This document shows positions 58,791 to 62,955 of a stretch of DNA of 62,955 nt, one piece after another. Location: the NCBI GenBank assembly GCA_009784425.1, contig WRBR01000002.1, positions 1 to 62,955 on the forward strand. The letters run 5' to 3'. Every line of letters begins with the position of its first letter. Position 1 is the first letter of the stretch. The notes beneath the pieces were generated by a model that did no database searches, was not told where the DNA came from, and was given only the letters and a program-made list of their open reading frames with translations. A program made the position numbers and the translations under genes. The DNA comes from Coriobacteriia bacterium. GTDB taxonomy: Bacteria > Actinomycetota > Coriobacteriia > Coriobacteriales > UBA8131.

Positions 58791-60311
58791 TTACCGGTTA
58801 CTTAGCACGCGGCCTACCGCTCGGTGCCAGCCATCGAGGTGTCTTTTGCGCTCTTCAGGCGGCATGACGGGGGTAAAGGTAGCGTGGTCTTTGCCTGAGA
58901 CAAGCGCCTTGAGTTTGGAGGTGTCCTTCCATAAGCCGGAGGATAATCCAGCCAAAAAGGCGGCTCCTAAAACGGTGGTCTCCCTGTTTTGGGGACGGAA
59001 TATCTCCGCATCAAGAAGATCGCTTTGAAATTGCAGCAAAAAGTCATTGGCAGAGGCGCCACCGTCCACTTTGAGGTGCTTGAGCTTAAGTGATATGTCT
59101 GCCTCTACTGCCTCCACCAGATCGCAGAGCTCAAAGGCCATAGCCTCAAGTGCGGCTCGCGCAAGGTGGTTGATGGTTGTGCCTCGAGTGAGCCCCAAAA
59201 TCGCACCGCGGGCATCCATGTCCCAGTAGGGAGCGCCCAGGCCGGTAAAGGCCGGCACTATGTAGACGCCGCCGGTATCGGAAACCTGCCGGGCAAGTTC
59301 TTCGGTCTCAGCCGCCGAAGATATAAGCCCCAGCTCATCGCGGAGCCACTGAATAAGGGCACCCGACACAAAAACACTGCCCTCCAGGGCGTACTCCAGC
59401 TGAGTAGAGCCAGGAGCAGAAGCAGCGATGGTAGTGAGCAGCTGATTCTCTGAAAGAGGTGCCTTGTTGCCGGTGTGAACCAACAAAAAGCAGCCGGTGC
59501 CAAAGGTGTTTTTGGCCTCACCCGGCTCAAAGCAGGTCTGTCCAAAAAGTGCGGCTTGCTGGTCACCGGCTACACCGCAGACAGGAATACCGTCAGGCAA
59601 TGAGGAGTGCTCAGTGTGCCCAAAGAGAGAGGCCGAGGGGCGCACCTCCGGCAAGAGTTGCCTGGGCACCTCAAATAAATCAAGCAGCCACTCATCCCAG
59701 CAGCCCTCATGTATGTTGAAGAGCATGGTTCTGCTGGCATTGGTGTAGTCTGTGGCGTGGGACTTTCCGCCGGTGAGGTGCCAGATAAGCCAACTGTCAA
59801 TAGTGCCAAAGGCCAGCTCGCCGCTCTCTGCCTGTTCGCGGGCACCGGGCAGGTTGTCAAGCAGCCATTTGATCTTTGAGGCAGAAAAATAGGCATCAGG
59901 TATCAGACCGGTTTTCTCGCGAATGCGCTCAAAGATAACCGGGTCGGCAGTGATTTCGTCGACCATAGTGGTGGTGCGGCGGCACTGCCACACAATGGCC
60001 GGGGCAATAGGCAAGCCGGTGCTGCGGTTCCACAAAACGGTGGTCTCTCGCTGATTGGTGATGCCTATGCATCGGATACGGGCAGCGTCAATGCCCTCGC
60101 CAACCAAGGCACCGGTCACTGCTGCCAGCTGGCTGGAGAGTATCTCCATAGCATCGTGCTCTACCCAACCGGGTTGGGGATAGTGCTGTTGAAAGGCAAT
60201 CTGCCCCACAGAGAGCACCTCGGCTTGCGCATCGTAGATAACAGCGCGCGAAGAGGTAGTGCCTTGATCAAGCGCAAGAATTAGATCCTTCGAATTTGGC
60301 ATTGGTTTCAC
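58791..60311 (-). CDS. glpK: Glycerol kinase
   Basis: ALDQGTTSSR, GITNQRET, WQCRRT, AGDQQAALFGQ, YALEGS, VDGG; alternative start ATG 60302. Confidence 0.97.
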   Translation of the reverse strand: MKPMPNSKDLILALDQGTTSSRAVIYDAQAEVLSVGQIAFQQHYPQPGWVEHDAMEILSSQLAAVTGALVGEGIDAARIRCIGITNQRETTVLWNRSTGLPIAPAIVWQCRRTTTMVDEITADPVIFERIREKTGLIPDAYFSASKIKWLLDNLPGAREQAESGELAFGTIDSWLIWHLTGGKSHATDYTNASRTMLFNIHEGCWDEWLLDLFEVPRQLLPEVRPSASLFGHTEHSSLPDGIPVCGVAGDQQAALFGQTCFEPGEAKNTFGTGCFLLVHTGNKAPLSENQLLTTIAASAPGSTQLEYALEGSVFVSGALIQWLRDELGLISSAAETEELARQVSDTGGVYIVPAFTGLGAPYWDMDARGAILGLTRGTTINHLARAALEAMAFELCDLVEAVEADISLKLKHLKVDGGASANDFLLQFQSDLLDAEIFRPQNRETTVLGAAFLAGLSSGLWKDTSKLKALVSGKDHATFTPVMPPEERKRHLDGWHRAVGRVLSNR

Positions 60312-60331
60312 CCGGCTTTCAAAGTACGTAA

Positions 60332-60367
60332 AAGAACCTCTCTCAAGTCTCTTTGAGAGAGGTTCTT
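60332..60367 (-). terminator. Intrinsic terminator
   Basis: AAGAACCTCTCTCAA-GTCTCT-TTGAGAGAGGTTCTT downstream of the lipoprotein gene. Confidence 0.7.
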
Positions 60368-60384
60368 ACGATACCACACTAGGC

Positions 60385-60930
60385 TTATTTAATGGGAAGC
60401 TTAAAGGTTGTATAGATGCTTCCCTGCTCGTCAATCTCTACGTACATAAAGTAGGGAGACTTGATGTCAATAGGAAATTCTACGACTACATCATAGGTGA
60501 CGGTCTCATTGCTGCCGAGCTCAAAACTGTCCGGCATCATGCCGTTGTTAAGAGGGCTCATCGGCATAAACTGCGAGGTACCTTCGCCCTGCACAAACCA
60601 ATCAAAGGTGCCAAAGGGCTGCGGAGTGCCGTACGTGTTGGTGATTGTTATGTTGGTGATGAGCAGCTGACTGCCGCTGGCAGCCTCAAATCCTGCAAAA
60701 GAGGAGCCGGTGCTCATGCTGTTAATGGTAAAGGTGAACCACTTGGTTGCGTACTCTTTGCCCACTTGACCGGTGACATCGCCTTCAACGAGCTGCGACA
60801 TCATATCGCTCATGCTGCTGCCGCCATCTGACTGATCGCTCCCGTCGCCGTTGCAGCCAGCAAGGCCGAGGGTTGCCGCCATAGAAAGCGCAACCAACAA
60901 AACAGCGAGCCTTTTTCCCAAAATTTTCAT
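60385..60930 (-). CDS. Lipoprotein, DUF4352-like
   Basis: LAGC lipobox; beta-rich ITNITITN...VVVEFP pattern; AGGAG RBS. Confidence 0.75.
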   Translation of the reverse strand: MKILGKRLAVLLVALSMAATLGLAGCNGDGSDQSDGGSSMSDMMSQLVEGDVTGQVGKEYATKWFTFTINSMSTGSSFAGFEAASGSQLLITNITITNTYGTPQPFGTFDWFVQGEGTSQFMPMSPLNNGMMPDSFELGSNETVTYDVVVEFPIDIKSPYFMYVEIDEQGSIYTTFKLPIK

Positions 60931-61022
60931 ACTTTCTCCTTAAATCCACTTAAATTGCAACGTGCCTATTTTACACCTTTTAACTTTTTCAGGGAGATAA
61001 TTCAACGCTTGTTGCCTGTTTG

Positions 61023-61098
61023 TGGTGGAGATGATGGGATTCGAACCCACGACCTATAGCTTGCAAAGCTATTGCTCTCCCAGCTGAGCTACATCCCC
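61023..61098 (-). tRNA. tRNA-Ala (TGC)
   Basis: GGGGATGTAGCTCAG...ATAGC-TTTGCAA-GCTAT...CCA; G3:U70 identity pair. Confidence 0.97.
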
Positions 61099-61176
61099 AC
61101 GCCGGCAAACTCACACAGTGTATCACAAGTGACAGAGGATTTAAAAAAGAGGGCACAGAGAGAACACTCTTAACTC

Positions 61177-62493
61177 TCAACGATTGCCTTTGTTTTTGCG
61201 AACGATGAGCTCGGCGCCTTCAACGTCATCGCCCATGGACAGATCGTACACTTTGTAGTTGTTTTTTCCGTGGTCTTTGGCGTGATACATGGCTATGTCG
61301 GCATACTTGATGAGTTCGTCGTAGTCGGTTTGCATGCTGGGGAAAAGCGATATTCCAATGCTCATGCCAAGACCATAGGTGTTTATGTACTCCAGAAGAC
61401 TGGGCTCCTTGCCAAAGGAGTCAAGGAGCTGCTGGGCATAGACAGAAGCCTCCGCGGTGCTTGATATACCGGGTACCAGCTGCAGAAACTCATCTCCGCC
61501 AATGCGGGCTGTGAGAGCCTCCATGCCATCAACGTGGTCATAATCGCTTTGCCCGGCAAAGCTTTTGAGGAACGAGGCTATGCTGCGCAAGAGCACATCA
61601 CCAACATCATGCCCGGCAGAGTCATTGACGGCCTTAAAGTTGTCTAAGTCGATAAAGAAAACCGCAAAGGTGCGCTGGTGCTCCCTGAGAAAATCGATTT
61701 CCCTTGCTAAAAAGCTAAAAAGATTGTTTCTGTTGGGCAAGCCCGAGACAGAATCAAAGTTTGCCAGCTCAAAGAGATGCCTTCGTATGTTGCTGTTGTG
61801 GCGGCTGATCATAAAGAGGACAACCATCATCATCACCGCTATAAAGCTTGTAGTGATAACCAAAACCGTTGTATAAAAAGCTGAGGTCTCTCGGTGGCGC
61901 ACGATAAAAGTGTCCTCAATATCGGTGGCAACGATGCCTACCTGATTACCCCTGCCGTCAAAAAGCGGCACGGCGCCTGTGTTAAAGGAGCCCCACTCGT
62001 CAACCACATTACTCACATCGGCAGAAGCGCGGCCTGCAAAGGCCTCTTCATGAACAGGGGAGAGCTCATAGGGGGTAAAGTTTTCACGAGTCTCCTCTGC
62101 CTCAAAATCGGTGTCAAAAACAAAATAGAACACACCGTCGATTTCTTTGAGCGCATAAATGTATGCGCCGCCTATCTCATAATTGAGCACTCTGAGCTCG
62201 TTTACAACCTTGACCCAGGCGTCCCAGTTTTCATTAACATCCTCTTGAGAATTGATTTTCTTGAACAAATCAATGTTACCGGAGATGATTTCCATGCCGG
62301 CTGTGCTGCTGGCGATGAGCTCTTTGCGCACGCTCTGAATGAGCACCTCTTCTGCCTCGGCATTATTCCTCAGCGTGAGAGAAAGCGTGATTAAGAGCGT
62401 GGCAACTAATAGGAATGCAACAGCCCCCATGCCAACGAGAAGAATTTTTGGAGCAACAACATCATTGATGCTTTTGCTTGAAGCAGCCCTCAT
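61177..62493 (-). CDS. Membrane-bound diguanylate cyclase (sensor domain + GGDEF)
   Basis: Two TM helices, DSVSGLPNR, IDLDNFKAVND..GH..GD, RIGGDEF, ADIAMYHAK..GKN. Confidence 0.93.
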   Translation of the reverse strand: MRAASSKSINDVVAPKILLVGMGAVAFLLVATLLITLSLTLRNNAEAEEVLIQSVRKELIASSTAGMEIISGNIDLFKKINSQEDVNENWDAWVKVVNELRVLNYEIGGAYIYALKEIDGVFYFVFDTDFEAEETRENFTPYELSPVHEEAFAGRASADVSNVVDEWGSFNTGAVPLFDGRGNQVGIVATDIEDTFIVRHRETSAFYTTVLVITTSFIAVMMMVVLFMISRHNSNIRRHLFELANFDSVSGLPNRNNLFSFLAREIDFLREHQRTFAVFFIDLDNFKAVNDSAGHDVGDVLLRSIASFLKSFAGQSDYDHVDGMEALTARIGGDEFLQLVPGISSTAEASVYAQQLLDSFGKEPSLLEYINTYGLGMSIGISLFPSMQTDYDELIKYADIAMYHAKDHGKNNYKVYDLSMGDDVEGAELIVRKNKGNR

Positions 62494-62574
62494 CTACACC
62501 TCGTCAACTCCAACTACATCACCCAATACCTGGTTTGAGCGAGGAAATGCTGCCTTGCCACCGATTCTGTATTC

Positions 62575-62619
62575 AATAAACGCCCTGGCGGCTACTCGGC
62601 TCACGCCAGGGCGTTTATT
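62575..62619 (-). terminator. Hairpin terminator after tRNA-Ile
   Basis: AATAAACGCCCTGGCG...CGCCAGGGCGTTTATT. Confidence 0.7.
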
Positions 62620-62629
62620 TCAAAAGAAC

Positions 62630-62706
62630 TGGTGGGCCCAACTGGATTCGAACCAGTGACCTCACGGTTATCAGCCGTGCGCTCTAGCCAACTGAGCTAT
62701 GGGCCC
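62630..62706 (-). tRNA. tRNA-Ile (GAT)
   Basis: GGGCCCATAGCTCAG...CACGG-CTGATAA-CCGTG...GGTTCGAATCC...CCA. Confidence 0.97.
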
Positions 62707-62860
62707 AAAAAGCGCCCGATAACTGTATCCCAGTGGGGCATCCAGGTCAAGAAAATATATCAGAAAATCTCGCATTTGGCAAATTGCGAATAGTTCAAGC
62801 AGTTTACTTTACAGTTAAAAACAGCAAATGCGAGCAAAAATATGGCAATTGCGATTCACC

Positions 62861-62955
62861 GGGGACGGGGAAAGTGACTCACTGGGTGGAACAGGGGGAC
62901 GGGGTTAGTGTTCCAATTTGACCTTGGTCAAATTGGAACACTAACCCCGTCCCCC
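62861..62955. repeat. Family-C arm joined to a family-B palindrome, truncated by the window end
   Basis: GGGGACGGGGAAAGTGACTCACT then GTGGAACAGGGGGACGGGGTTAGTGTTCCAATTTGACC-TT-GGTCAAATTGGAACACTAACCCCGTCCCCC. Confidence 0.9.

Overview
Chromosomal replication-origin region of a Gram-positive anaerobe, most likely an Actinomycetota/Coriobacteriia (Eggerthellales-like) genome (inferred from gene order, leaderless genes and a Tat-lipoprotein molybdoenzyme, not from a database search). Backbone: metG, trxB, ddl, rlmN, parB-parA-rsmG-jag-yidC-(rnpA::yidD fusion)-rpmH | oriC with a GHKL-ATPase/wHTH gene, then dnaA-dnaN-recF-dciA. An accessory hotspot follows (acyltransferase, AbiEii-type toxin-antitoxin pair, and a 5.5-kb island bounded by 25-bp direct repeats carrying an FRG protein, a frameshifted HEPN-like gene and a HaeIII-like methyltransferase with a putative nuclease). 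Then gyrB-gyrA, a napGADH operon without napB/napC, dnaX-ybaB-recR-ychF, fic, purMN, a two-component system with ABC exporter, a frameshifted copA, PTS-EIIC-EAL, a Na+/H+ antiporter, Fe-ADH, glpK, a GGDEF protein and four tRNAs. The most striking unexplained signal is a dispersed family of REP/REPIN-like palindromes that keep a GGGGACGG loop while their stems vary. They form near-perfect 58-94 bp hairpins, appear to mirror local host sequence, sit in frame inside dnaX and copA, and a longer form brackets copA next to a tRNA. Other highlights: ParB lacks the canonical base-reading Arg and the parS sites vary at the matching base, and the DnaA boxes are non-canonical. No transposase, integrase or CRISPR array is visible.
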